Assembly (NCBI GenBank): GCA_963762255.1 | Contig: CAVXKA010000001.1 | Location: 352,001-416,000, forward strand | Length of the DNA: 64,000 bases | Reading direction: 5' to 3' | From: Candidatus Eiseniibacteriota bacterium | Lineage (GTDB): Bacteria > Eisenbacteria > RBG-16-71-46 > JABDJR01 | Shown: one piece after another, positions 1 to 10,041 of the stretch | Layout: each line of letters opens with the position of its first letter | How positions within the stretch are numbered: the stretch's first letter is position 1 | Made by a program: the position numbers and the translations under genes | The notes under the pieces: generated by a model | Seen by the model: only the letters and a program-made list of their open reading frames with translations | What the model was told of the DNA's origin: nothing | Databases searched by the model: none

Positions 1-235
1 GCGGACACCCCGCGCGCAGTGCGACCACACGCGCGATGTTGGTGGCGTCGGCGGGCTGCGCGATGTTGCCGAAGATGACCTCGTCGAGATCCTCCGGCGC
101 CACCCCGGCGCGCTCCATCGCTTCGCGCAACGCCACACGACCCAGTTCGCAAGCGGGGACCCGCTTCTGCACGGACCCGGCCTTGGTGAACGGGGTCCGC
201 GCTCCGGCGACGACGGCGATTCGCAGCGTGCTCAT
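1..235 (-). CDS. Thiolase (acetyl-CoA C-acyltransferase), N-terminal part; runs off the window edge
   Basis: Manual translation from ATG at 235: MSTLRIAVVAGARTPFTKAGS...DEVIFGNIAQPADATNIARVVALRAG, which has the thiolase N-terminal motifs (RTPF, EVIFGN, NIAR). Not in the ORF track. Confidence 0.9.
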   Translation of the reverse strand, partial: MSTLRIAVVAGARTPFTKAGSVQKRVPACELGRVALREAMERAGVAPEDLDEVIFGNIAQPADATNIARVVALRAGCP

Positions 236-291
236 GGCGAGCCCGATTGTGCCGCGATCGCGAGGATTTCGCCAGAGGGAAGCGAAGCGGT

Positions 292-3009
292 ATGATCCCC
301 GCCGTTCCGGAGCGGGAGTCGCCCGGCGGAGGACATGCCAAGGTGCTCAACGCGGTCGTCATTCTGGAAGCGCTTCTCTTGATCGCGGCAGCGGTGTGGA
401 CGTGGCGCCGCGCGCGGCCCGTCGCCGCGCCGTACAAGCGGCCACTCCTCACCGCCCTGGTCTGGATCCTCGTCCAGGGCGGATTGCTCGCCGCGGGCTA
501 TTACGCGTTCCTGAGCCGGCTCGAAGCGACGGGACCGGACATGGCGTCGCGGATCGGGAGCGCCGCGTGGCCGCTCTACGCGATTCAAGTTCTGCGTGCG
601 CTGGCGTTGCTCCTCGCCATCGGGGCGTGCCTGCAAATCGTCAGGGGAACGGGTCTTCATCGGAGACGGATGGTCCTGCTCGCCGCAGCGCTCCTTGTCT
701 CCTGGTTCGCCCCGTTCCCGGGCAGCGTCTTCCTGTTCATCCTGCTCCTGCGTATGAAGTGGGTGGAAGCGTTGCACGGCTGGGGGCGGGCGGCGGCGCT
801 GGGCGGGGCGCTTGCCGCGTTCCTGGCGCTCCTGATCTGGCCCGTCACCCGCGTGGCGGGGGGCACGGCCCAGACGACGCTGTACGGGTTGACCGACGAG
901 CGCGCGGTGTCGCTCCTCCAGGGTGAACTGCCTCCCGACGCTCTCGTCCCGACCGCGCTCGCGCGTCCGTTCGACTTTGCGTTCCGATTCTTCGCCAACA
1001 TCCTGCGCGCGCAGGCAGCAGTCCTCGTCCTCCAGCTCCTCTCACTGCCCGTCCACTTGCGTAGCGTGAGCTTGAAGCGCCGGTTCAGCATCGCGTTCAG
1101 CCTCTACCGAGTGATCCCGGGGCTCCTGACCAGTCTCGTCATGCTGGCGGGCGTGTACTTCGGGCTCGGCCTCTACAAGTCGCGCGGCGTCAATCACGCG
1201 TTCTTCGATACGATCCGAAGCGCGCAGACCGCGGCCGGGCTCGTGCTCTCAGCGGACACGACGGGCGCGATCGACGAAGCGGCGGCGGCGGAGACAGCGA
1301 TCGCTTGCCGGCCGTGGCTGACCGACGGTGAGGCGACCGCATACTTCGTGCTTCGTCGGGTCGAAGTCCCCGCGACACCGGTGGTGCCGCCGGACAGCCT
1401 CGCCGAGGTCCGCCTCACCACGCTCGCCGCGTGGAGTTCCCCCGGCACACCCGACGATCTCGTGCGCGCCAACCTCTACGGCGCGGGCGAAGTGGATACA
1501 GTGGGGGGACTTTTTCAGGCAGGCGAGCGCTTCTACCTCGCCGCCGCGCTCGCGCGCAAGTCCTCGGGGGAGGCGCTGGTGAGCGAGGTCTACGTCCCCG
1601 TCGATTCGCTCTACCTGGAAGTCCTGGCCGAACGCGTGGGCGTGGACATCCGAATGCGGAGCCTGCCCGGCGTGCGCATCTCGTCCACCACGGTGCAGGT
1701 CGGCGACGACAGCGCGATCGAAGCCGAGGTGGAGGGACCGGCACTCGCCGAGAGCCCGCGCACGCCAGCCTTCACCGTCTCCGCTGCATTCGGCGAGGAG
1801 GGTGACGGCCTCTTGCGCACCAAGCGCCTCGTGGCGCGGCAGTTTCTGCCCATTCTGGACTGGCGACATGAAGCCGAGGAATCCTCCGGCTCGACCGCCC
1901 TGCTGACGCTCTCCACATCGCCGGCGCTCTTGCTTGGCGGGATCGTAAGCGCGCCGTACGTGCTCTCGTCGAATATCTTCGCGATCGGGCTCTTTTTGGC
2001 CGTCCTTCTCCTGTTCACCATCGCCGAGTCCTCCGCGGTGCGCACGGGACGGAGCATCATCGACGGAATCCTCGAGGACGCGAAGAGCCTTGCTACGGCC
2101 GCCGGACGCTTCGGCTCTGGCGATCTCGACTATCGCATCCCCGATCCGGGCAAGGACGAACTCGGGCAGCTCGCCTCTGCATTCAACTCCATGGCGGCCG
2201 ACTTGAAGCTGCGTCAGGAGGAGTTGATCGAGAAAGAGCGGCTCGAGGCCGATCTCGCGCTGGCTCGCCGAATCCAGGAGCGGCTCCTGCCGCAGGGCCC
2301 GCCGTCGGTGGCGGGACTCGATGTGGCCGGCGTCGCCATCCCGAGCCTTGAGGTCGGGGGCGATCTTTTCCACTTCTTGCCGCTCAAGGGCGATCGCCTC
2401 GGACTCGCCATCGGCGACGTCTCCGGCAAGAGCATCCCCGCCGCGCTCCTCATGTCCAGCGCGCTGGCGATCCTGCGCGCCACGACGAGGTTGGAGAGCG
2501 ATGTCGCCGACGTGCTCACGCAGATGAACGCGTTGATCGCGGAGCAGGTGGAGCCGGGCCGGTTCCTCACCTTCTTCTACGGTGTTGTGGATCCGCACGC
2601 GCGTAAGATCCGCTATGCCTGCGCGGGTCACAACCCGCCGCTCGTCGTGCGGGCCGACAGCACGACGGAGTGGCTCGAGCACGGCGGGCTCGCGTTGGGC
2701 ATCCTCCCCGACACGACCTATACCGCAGCGGAAATCGCGCTAGGTCCTGGAGATGTGTTCGTGCTCTATTCGGACGGCCTCACCGAGGCCTCGCGGCCCA
2801 TGCCCGGCCTGACCGAAGCGGCGTCGCCCGACGAAACGGAATACTTCGGCGAGGAGCGGCTGCTGGCGGCGGCGAGAGCGCGTCACACCGAAAGCGCGAA
2901 GGAGATCCTCGACGGCCTGGTGTCGGCGGTGCATGCGTTCGCGGGGGACGCTCCGCAGTCGGACGATCTCACCGTGGTGGTGGTCAAGGTGCGAAGCGAA
3001 ACCGCGTGA
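292..3009 (+). CDS. Multi-pass membrane HAMP + SpoIIE/RsbU-type PP2C protein phosphatase
   Basis: Many TM segments; HAMP (DELGQLASAFNSM); PP2C motifs VGGDLF, IGDVSGK, AGHNPP, LYSDGLTE, QSDDLT. The true start may be GTG 343 behind GGAGGA 328-333. Confidence 0.9.
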   Translation: MIPAVPERESPGGGHAKVLNAVVILEALLLIAAAVWTWRRARPVAAPYKRPLLTALVWILVQGGLLAAGYYAFLSRLEATGPDMASRIGSAAWPLYAIQVLRALALLLAIGACLQIVRGTGLHRRRMVLLAAALLVSWFAPFPGSVFLFILLLRMKWVEALHGWGRAAALGGALAAFLALLIWPVTRVAGGTAQTTLYGLTDERAVSLLQGELPPDALVPTALARPFDFAFRFFANILRAQAAVLVLQLLSLPVHLRSVSLKRRFSIAFSLYRVIPGLLTSLVMLAGVYFGLGLYKSRGVNHAFFDTIRSAQTAAGLVLSADTTGAIDEAAAAETAIACRPWLTDGEATAYFVLRRVEVPATPVVPPDSLAEVRLTTLAAWSSPGTPDDLVRANLYGAGEVDTVGGLFQAGERFYLAAALARKSSGEALVSEVYVPVDSLYLEVLAERVGVDIRMRSLPGVRISSTTVQVGDDSAIEAEVEGPALAESPRTPAFTVSAAFGEEGDGLLRTKRLVARQFLPILDWRHEAEESSGSTALLTLSTSPALLLGGIVSAPYVLSSNIFAIGLFLAVLLLFTIAESSAVRTGRSIIDGILEDAKSLATAAGRFGSGDLDYRIPDPGKDELGQLASAFNSMAADLKLRQEELIEKERLEADLALARRIQERLLPQGPPSVAGLDVAGVAIPSLEVGGDLFHFLPLKGDRLGLAIGDVSGKSIPAALLMSSALAILRATTRLESDVADVLTQMNALIAEQVEPGRFLTFFYGVVDPHARKIRYACAGHNPPLVVRADSTTEWLEHGGLALGILPDTTYTAAEIALGPGDVFVLYSDGLTEASRPMPGLTEAASPDETEYFGEERLLAAARARHTESAKEILDGLVSAVHAFAGDAPQSDDLTVVVVKVRSETA

Positions 3010-3688
3010 GATCCTCGTCCCCGGTCGCGATCTTCACCGGCCCGCCGTCCGCGCGGTAGAGCGCGACAAAGAACTGCTTTCCGGTCGGGAGCGTGTCGAT
3101 GCGCCGCCGGACCGCGCTCAAGCCGGCGGCCGCCGCGAGCTCGTCGAGTCGCTCCGGCGGCACCAGATGCAGGCACGGCTCCAACACCCGCACGCTGGTG
3201 AAGGGCGTCTCGGTGACAGGAGCGTGCTCGCCGAACGGGAGCTGCAAGACCACCGAGAGCATCCCACCGCGACGTAGCCAGCTAGCGAACTTGCCCACGA
3301 CGTCCTCGGGCGGGACGTATTCGAGTAAGAGCGCGCAGTGGACCAGGTCCAGGGAATCGAAGGCGAGCGAAGGATCGCGCACATCCGCGCAGACCAACTC
3401 GAGCCCGTGCAGACGGTCCGCGAATCGCTCGCCGAGTGTGCCCAGGTACTCCGGATGGATGTCGATACCCACGATTCGCGCGGTCTCGGTCGGGATGTGC
3501 TCGAATCCGTTGCCGGTCGTGCAACCGGGGACGGCCAGCGCAGCCGGGCGCGTCTCGGCAAGCACTTCGCGAAGCACTTCGTTGAGATAGCCGAGCTGCT
3601 GCACCGCGGGGCTGGCCATGTGCCCTTCATAGTCCGCGACGGGAATGGAGAGCCAGGGGTTACGGTCGGGCCCGGTCACGGTGTCCAC
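2984..3688 (-). CDS. Class I SAM-dependent methyltransferase
   Basis: PGCTTGNG glycine-rich motif, IVGIDI, CADV, LDLVHCALLLEYV, LRRGGML. Confidence 0.8.
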   Translation of the reverse strand: MDTVTGPDRNPWLSIPVADYEGHMASPAVQQLGYLNEVLREVLAETRPAALAVPGCTTGNGFEHIPTETARIVGIDIHPEYLGTLGERFADRLHGLELVCADVRDPSLAFDSLDLVHCALLLEYVPPEDVVGKFASWLRRGGMLSVVLQLPFGEHAPVTETPFTSVRVLEPCLHLVPPERLDELAAAAGLSAVRRRIDTLPTGKQFFVALYRADGGPVKIATGDEDLTRFRFAP

Positions 3689-5541
3689 GCCGCCTTGAGG
3701 TAGATCTCCCCCGTCGACGCCGACAGCACGCGGGTCAGCTCGCCGTTCTCCACCGGGGTCTCGATATTGGCCCCGGTCTCAGCGTCGTACTGGTACCACG
3801 TCCCCGAGGTCGGGAACTCGATCGTCATCTCGTGGTCCTCGTGGTCGAAATTCAGCGCGACCACGACGTCCGTGTTCGCTGCGTTCTGCCCGACGAAGCG
3901 CCAGTAGTTGATCGTCTTGTTCTCCTGGCAGAGGCTCTGGTCCGTGTTCCAATTCGGACAGAAGAACTCGACCCGCCCCGACGCCAGCGAGGGGTGACCG
4001 AGCCGCAGACGGATCAGGTTCCGGTACACCAAGCGAACGCTGGCGTCTCCCTCGCTCCAATGCAGCTTGTTGGGCGCGGGATCGTCCGGGATGAACGACT
4101 TGTCGCCGATCTCCTCGCCCATGTAGAACATGGGCATCCCGGTCGCGGTGAACAGCGCGAGCGCGCCCAGCTTGGCCTTGCGCAGGCCGCCCAGGGTCTT
4201 GGCCTCGGCGGAGCCGTCGCGTTCGACTTCATCCACCAGGTGACGCTCGTCGTGGCTGACGATGTAGCGCACCGACATGTACGGCGCGGACAGGTACGGA
4301 ACCGGAGAGAGCACGTTGGACAGACCCCACATCGGGTTGCTCTCCGTCTCGAACGAGCCCCGTCCGGTGACCCAGGTCCGCCCGATGTAGGGACCCTCCT
4401 TGAGCAGGGCCATCACGATGTTCTGGAAATTGTTGGCGAGCCCGCCCCAGCGATCGGTGTGCTGGCCGCCCCACTGGGCATCGAAACCGGCCTTGCTGAT
4501 GGCGTCGTTGGGCGGATAGTAGAAGTCCTCTGCGATGAGAAGAAATTTCGGATGGCGCGCCTTGATCTCGTCCCGCCACCACTTGTATCCGACGTAATCC
4601 TCGGGCACGACCGTGTCCATTCGAAACCCGTCCACCCCATACTGCTCGATCCAGAAGAGCGCGACGTCGAGCAGAAACTGCCGGCACGCCGGAGAGAACC
4701 AGTTGAGATCGCGCATCCCCCAGTCGGCGCCGGTGGTCTGTTGATAGTTGATATAGGTGCCGGGGGTTCCGGTCTCGTCGATGGCCTGGAGCGGCGCGCC
4801 GTCACCGAGATGATTGAACTCCAGGTCGAGGATCACCGCCATGCCATGCGCGTGCGCCGCGTCCACCAACCGGCCGAGATCCTCCGGGGTTCCGTAGTCG
4901 GGATTCACGGCGAAGAAGTGGGCGGGGTTGTAGCCCCAGGTGAAGCCCGGCGCCGCGGCCGTCACCGGCATCAACTCGATCGCGTTGACACCCAAGTCCG
5001 CGAGCGCGGGCGCGCCCCCTTCGATGCCGTCGATCACCCCCTGGAAATCGCCCGAAGCGCTGAAGTCGTGAACGAAGAGCTCGTAGATGACGAGGCGGTT
5101 GGGATCGACGACGCCGTCGAAGGGCGCGGTGGGCGCAGGGAGCGGCTCTCCGAACACCGCGTTGTAGCTCCCCAGGCTGTCGCTCGCGATGCGCGTGACG
5201 CGCGGATCCACGATGGCCCGCGTGACGTCCCCGAACGGGTTCTTGAGGACGAACCTGTACTGGTGGACCCCCTCGATCTCGAACTTGATGCGCCAGGTCG
5301 TGCTGTCGGGATCGAGGGTCATCCGGTACGCGCTATCGGCCTCGGCCCAGGCGTTGAAGTCGCCGGAGAGATAGACCGCCGGGACTCCCGGAGCGACGAG
5401 CGTGAACTCGGTGCGCGTGTCGGGAGGGGGCGGGGGCTCGGTCGTCTTCTTGTCTCCACAGCCCGCGAGGGCGATCGCGAGGCCGACGGCCGCGGCGAGA
5501 ATGGCAACGAGTAACGCAGGACGGACGAAGCGCCTCGCCAT
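3676..5541 (-). CDS. GH13 alpha-amylase-family lipoprotein with N-terminal CBM48-like domain
   Basis: Lipobox LAGC; VYLSGDFNAW (CBM48); IYELFVHDF, NAIELMPV, WGYNP; catalytic regions DGFRMD, IAED, SHDE. Confidence 0.9.
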   Translation of the reverse strand: MARRFVRPALLVAILAAAVGLAIALAGCGDKKTTEPPPPPDTRTEFTLVAPGVPAVYLSGDFNAWAEADSAYRMTLDPDSTTWRIKFEIEGVHQYRFVLKNPFGDVTRAIVDPRVTRIASDSLGSYNAVFGEPLPAPTAPFDGVVDPNRLVIYELFVHDFSASGDFQGVIDGIEGGAPALADLGVNAIELMPVTAAAPGFTWGYNPAHFFAVNPDYGTPEDLGRLVDAAHAHGMAVILDLEFNHLGDGAPLQAIDETGTPGTYINYQQTTGADWGMRDLNWFSPACRQFLLDVALFWIEQYGVDGFRMDTVVPEDYVGYKWWRDEIKARHPKFLLIAEDFYYPPNDAISKAGFDAQWGGQHTDRWGGLANNFQNIVMALLKEGPYIGRTWVTGRGSFETESNPMWGLSNVLSPVPYLSAPYMSVRYIVSHDERHLVDEVERDGSAEAKTLGGLRKAKLGALALFTATGMPMFYMGEEIGDKSFIPDDPAPNKLHWSEGDASVRLVYRNLIRLRLGHPSLASGRVEFFCPNWNTDQSLCQENKTINYWRFVGQNAANTDVVVALNFDHEDHEMTIEFPTSGTWYQYDAETGANIETPVENGELTRVLSASTGEIYLKAAWTP

Positions 5542-5550
5542 GGCGATTCC

Positions 5551-6772
5551 TTATTTCCCCGCCGGCGCGTACCGAGCGGCCACGTACTCATCGAGGATGC
5601 GCAGGAAGTCGGCGACCAGCGTGGGGCCCTTGAGCGTGAGCTTGAGCGCGCCGTCCACAAAGACCGGCGCCTTCGGCTCCTCACCGTTTCCGGGAAGCGA
5701 GATGCCGATATCGGCGTGCTTGGATTCGCCCGGGCCGTTCACCACGCATCCCATGACCGCCACCTGGAGCCGTTCCACGCCGGGATACGCGCGCCGCCAC
5801 TCCGTCATGCGGGAGCGGACGTGACTCTGGATCTCCTCGGCCAGTTCCTGAAAGTAGGTGCTGGTCGTGCGGCCGCAACCGGGGCAGGCGGTCACCTGCG
5901 GCTCGAAGTGGCGGAGCCCCATCGTCTGCAGGATCTGGCGACAGACCTGCACTTCCTCGGTGCGGTCGCCGCCGGGTCGCGGGGTGAGGCTCACGCGAAT
6001 GGTGTCGCCGATCCCCTCGTGCAGCAGCACTCCCAGCCCGGCGGCCGAGGCCACGATCCCCCGCACGCCCATGCCGGCCTCGGTGAGGCCCAGATGAAGC
6101 GGATAGTCGCAGCGATGCGCCAGCTCGCGGTAGACGTCCACGAGGTCGGGCACACGCGAAACCTTGGCGGAGAGAACGATGCGATCGTGCCCCAGGCCGT
6201 ACTCCTCGGCCAGCTCCGCCGAGACCATCGCGCTTTGTACCATCGCCTCGATCAGGATCGCGGACGCGTCGCGCGGCTCCGCCGCTGTCCGAGTTCTCAT
6301 CCATGAGCCTGGCGAGGAGCGCCTGATCGAGCGAGCCCCAGTTCACTCCGATGCGCACCGGCTTGCCGTGCTCGACCGCCGCTTCGATGATGCGCCGGAA
6401 GTTGGCGTCGTGGTGGCGACCCTGGCCCACGTTGCCGGGGTTGACGCGGTACTTGTCGAGCGCGCGCGCGCAGTCGGGAACCTCGCCGAGGAGCAAGTGC
6501 CCGTTGTAGTGGAAATCGCCCACCAGCGGCGCTGCGACCCCCGCGTCGTCGAGGCGGCGGCGGATCTCCGGCACCGCTTCGGCGGCCTTGCGCGTGTTGA
6601 CGGTGACGCGCACTAACTCGCTTCCCGCGCGGGCGAGATCGATCACCTGGGCCGCGGTGGACGCGGCATCCTCGGTGTCGGTGTTGGTCATGGACTGCAC
6701 CACGACCGGATGACCGGCGCCGATGGGTATACCGCCTACCCAGCAGGTCGGGGTGGCGCGCCGCGCGATCAC
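5551..6772 (-). pseudogene. ispG: IspG (HMBPP synthase) split by a single frameshift near 6290; either a real pseudogene or an assembly error
   Basis: The N-half ([37 protein letters not shown]) is in ORF 5681..6772. The C-half ([39 protein letters not shown]) is in ORF 5551..6300, a different frame. Confidence 0.9.
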
Positions 6773-8181
6773 GGGAACACGCCGAGTTCGAGATAGGCCT
6801 GCGCGACCTTCTCGATGGCGATGGTGAAGGCCGAGGTGCGGAGCGTCGTGATGCGGTCGTCCCTGAGCATACGCTCGGCGATTTCGTGGAACGCCGTGGC
6901 CATCGTCTCCTCGAGGCCCGAGTAGACGATGTCTTCCTCACGCGCGCCGTGCACCACCATCGCCCGCATCTCCGGAGTCAGCTTCTTGCCGGTCAGTTCC
7001 TCCAGCGCGGTCACGATGTGGCCCTGCGACGCCTCCTGGAAGCGCTTGTCCATGCGCCCGAAGCGCACATGCGAGAGGTTCTTGAGCCACTCGAAATAGG
7101 AAACGGTGACGCCGCCCGCGTTGAGGTAGAGATCGGGGATGACCACCCTTCCGCGCTCGAACAGCACGTCGGCCGCGTCGAAGGTGGTTGGACCGTTGGC
7201 GCCCTCGGCCACGACCTTCGCCTGGATCCGGGGCGCGTTCTCGCTGGTGATCTGCTGCTCCAGAGCCGCGGGGACGAGAATGTCGCACTCCTGCTCGAGC
7301 ACGGCGGCGGGATCCGGGATCGACACGGCGCCGGGGAAGCCCAGGATCGACCGGGTCTCTCTCCAGTACGCCATGACCTCTTCGAGTGCGAGCCCGTTCG
7401 GGTTCACGAGCGTTCCGTCCCGCTCGGAGAGCGCCACCAGCTTGCAGCCGGACTCGGCGAGGAACTTCGCCGCGTAGTAGCCGACGTTGCCGAGTCCCTG
7501 CACGGCGACCCGCTTCCCTTCGAGGCCCACCGGCATGCCCAGCTTCTTCATGAGCTGGCCGTGGTTGAGGCACTCGCGGATGCCGTAGAACACGCCGAGG
7601 CCGGTCGCCTCGCGGCGGCCGCGGATGCCGCCCTGGCTCACCGGCTTCCCGGTCACCGCGGCGTCGGCGTTGATATCACCGGGGTGGAACGTAGCATAGG
7701 TATCCACCATCCACGCCATCTCGCGCTCGCCGGTCCCGTAATCGGGAGCGGGGACGTCGATGCCGGGGCCGATGAAGTTCTTCTTGCACAGTTCCGCGGT
7801 GTAGCGACGGGTGATGGTTTCGATCTCGGCGTCGGTGTACTTGGGAACGCTGATCTTCACGCCCCCCTTCGCCCCGCCGAACGGCGCGTCCACGATCGCG
7901 CACTTGTAGGTCATGAGCGCGGCCAGCGCCATCACTTCGTCCTGGTCCACCATCTGGCTGAAGCGGATGCCGCCCTTGGTGGGAAGCCGGTGGTGGCTGT
8001 GCTCCACCCGCCAGGCGTGGATGACCTCGTAGGTGCCGTCCCGCTTTTTCAGGGGGAATTGCATGAAGTAGACGCTATTGCAGGAGCGGATCTGATCGAG
8101 CAGCCCCTGGGGGTAGTCGAGCAGGGCCGCGGCGCGATCGAAACTGCGGTTGACGTCGCCGAAGAAACTGGTCTTGGACAC
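6769..8181 (-). CDS. gdhA: Glu/Leu/Phe/Val dehydrogenase (glutamate dehydrogenase)
   Basis: [58 protein letters not shown]. Confidence 0.93.
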   Translation of the reverse strand: MSKTSFFGDVNRSFDRAAALLDYPQGLLDQIRSCNSVYFMQFPLKKRDGTYEVIHAWRVEHSHHRLPTKGGIRFSQMVDQDEVMALAALMTYKCAIVDAPFGGAKGGVKISVPKYTDAEIETITRRYTAELCKKNFIGPGIDVPAPDYGTGEREMAWMVDTYATFHPGDINADAAVTGKPVSQGGIRGRREATGLGVFYGIRECLNHGQLMKKLGMPVGLEGKRVAVQGLGNVGYYAAKFLAESGCKLVALSERDGTLVNPNGLALEEVMAYWRETRSILGFPGAVSIPDPAAVLEQECDILVPAALEQQITSENAPRIQAKVVAEGANGPTTFDAADVLFERGRVVIPDLYLNAGGVTVSYFEWLKNLSHVRFGRMDKRFQEASQGHIVTALEELTGKKLTPEMRAMVVHGAREEDIVYSGLEETMATAFHEIAERMLRDDRITTLRTSAFTIAIEKVAQAYLELGVFP

Positions 8182-8222
8182 TCAGAGGCCTCCGGTTGGG
8201 GAAGAAACGGCGGCGAAGGGTA

Positions 8223-8954
8223 TCACGAGGTCCGGATCCCGTCCCGTTCGACGAAGAAGGAGATCTGCTGCTGCAGCTCCTCGGGGCAGTCCGATTTCAC
8301 CTTCACCACGGCGATCTTCAACGCGTGGATGCGCCAACCCGCGAGCTTCGCTTCCTGCCGGTTCCAAAGCCTGACGCGCTGTCCGCCGGCCACGAACTCC
8401 AGACGGTAGTTGCGGATTTCGAGGAAGCACCTCGTATCCTCCACGCGAGGATCGCACCCGTCGTCCTGGAAGAAGACCTGCAGAGTGCCTGTGTTACCCA
8501 GGCTCCCGTACCCCTCGGTGAAGACGCTGAAGTTGGGACGCCAATCGGTGACGGCCATGAAACGCAGACCGCTTGCGTCGGAGATCCTGATCCCGTTGGC
8601 GGCCGGCACGCCCCCCACCGACTGCACATCGAAGGTGTAGGACTGCCCCACCTCAACCGGTAGCGAGTAGCCCAGGTCATCGAGGGTGAGCACGATCGTC
8701 TGGCTCTGCGGCGTCAGCAGCCGGTACTCGTACCCCGCTGGTTCGCCGGCGATATACTCGATGGACTGCACGGTCGCGGTCAGCGTGTAGGGATCGCTGG
8801 CGCGACTGGGATCCAGATGGAACGTGAACTCCCCCTCGGGAGTCCGTTTGCACTCCTCGGGTTGGTCGTCGCAAGCGGCGGCAACCAAGCCGAGACCCAG
8901 CGCGGCCAGGATCAAGCCGGCGCGAAGCCGGATCGGTGGACGGGTCAGTTTCAC
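8223..8954 (-). CDS. Hypothetical lipoprotein
   Basis: GTG start behind GAGGAG; hydrophobic signal ending LVAAAC; non-shadow amino acid composition. Confidence 0.7.
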   Translation of the reverse strand: MKLTRPPIRLRAGLILAALGLGLVAAACDDQPEECKRTPEGEFTFHLDPSRASDPYTLTATVQSIEYIAGEPAGYEYRLLTPQSQTIVLTLDDLGYSLPVEVGQSYTFDVQSVGGVPAANGIRISDASGLRFMAVTDWRPNFSVFTEGYGSLGNTGTLQVFFQDDGCDPRVEDTRCFLEIRNYRLEFVAGGQRVRLWNRQEAKLAGWRIHALKIAVVKVKSDCPEELQQQISFFVERDGIRTS

Positions 8955-9120
8955 GGAATCCTCCTCTAAGCCCGGACGCAGGACGCCCTGCCCCGCGGGC
9001 ATGCCGCCGGGCGCGAGGCGCCGCGCAAGGGTGAGCATACCCCAGCCCGCTCTCAACCGGCGGCCGCACGCTTGGACGACCCGCTCTCAACCGGCGGCCC
9101 GGCGCGCCGATAACCGGGAC

Positions 9121-9600
9121 GTGAGCGGATTCAAGTTGTTGATCGCCAGACGGTTGCGCATGGCCTCGGGACCCGGGGCACTGAAGCGTCTGCGGCGAGA
9201 GCTGCGTGACACGCTGGCGCGAAGCGTCCCCTTCCCGGAAGCGCGCGAGCTCGCGATGCTCGCCGTCGAGGAAGCGGCTGCGAACGTCTTCGAGCACGGC
9301 TACGGCAATCAGGCGGGATGCCCGCTCGAAGTCACGGTGCGGATCGGTGAGCGGGAACGCTTCGCCGTCATCCTGCGCGACCGCGCGCCGGTGTTCGACG
9401 TGACCTCGCTTCCGCCGGCGGATCTCGATCGTCTTGCGCGCGAGTTCGCCACGCGGGGCCGCGGACTGGCCATCGTGCGCCAGATCGCCGATTCGATGCG
9501 GCACCGCGCGCGGCGCGGCGGCGGCAACGAGCTGACCCTGATCTTTGACGCCGAGCGACTGGCCGGCGGTGTGGAGCACCTTCGTGAAGAAGCAGCCTGA
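9121..9600 (+). CDS. RsbW/SpoIIAB-like anti-sigma factor Ser kinase (HATPase_c)
   Basis: LAVEEAAANVFEHGY (N box), DRAPVFD (G1), RGRGLAIVRQIAD (G2), GNELTL. Confidence 0.85.
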   Translation: MSGFKLLIARRLRMASGPGALKRLRRELRDTLARSVPFPEARELAMLAVEEAAANVFEHGYGNQAGCPLEVTVRIGERERFAVILRDRAPVFDVTSLPPADLDRLAREFATRGRGLAIVRQIADSMRHRARRGGGNELTLIFDAERLAGGVEHLREEAA

Positions 9601-9970
9601 TTCTCGGGCACATCTTATCAGCATCTCGCGCTTGAGCGTGCGCAACGGCGTCGAGGTCTCGGTGCAGCGCTTCCGTGGCGCGGTACGACAGGCGACGATT
9701 CATGATTTCGAGTCGCGGCTCCGCGAGGGAGGCGAGCGCTCGCCGTACTACATCGTGGACTTGTCCGAACTCGAGTACATCGAGGCTGCGGGGCTCGGCC
9801 GGCTGCTCGAGCAGTCGGTCGCGCAGGAGCGGCGCGGCGGCTGGCTGCGCGTGGTCGCCCCCTCCTCCACGGTTGCGATGATCTTCAAGCTATCCGGCGT
9901 CTCCGATTCTCTATGGGTGGCGGCCACCGAAGACGACGCGCTCAGGGATTTGCCGGAGAGAGCCGCCTAG
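9584..9970 (+). CDS. STAS-domain anti-anti-sigma factor (RsbV/SpoIIAA-like)
   Basis: IVDLSELEYIEAAGLGRL...VAMIFKLSGV...TEDDAL; overlaps the upstream anti-sigma gene. Confidence 0.82.
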   Translation: MKKQPDSRAHLISISRLSVRNGVEVSVQRFRGAVRQATIHDFESRLREGGERSPYYIVDLSELEYIEAAGLGRLLEQSVAQERRGGWLRVVAPSSTVAMIFKLSGVSDSLWVAATEDDALRDLPERAA

Positions 9971-10041
9971 ATCCGCGCTTGTATGAGAGCCTCGGCGGGG
10001 CTAGAGTAGAAACAGTCCCCCCCAATCCCGCGGAGGCCGTT

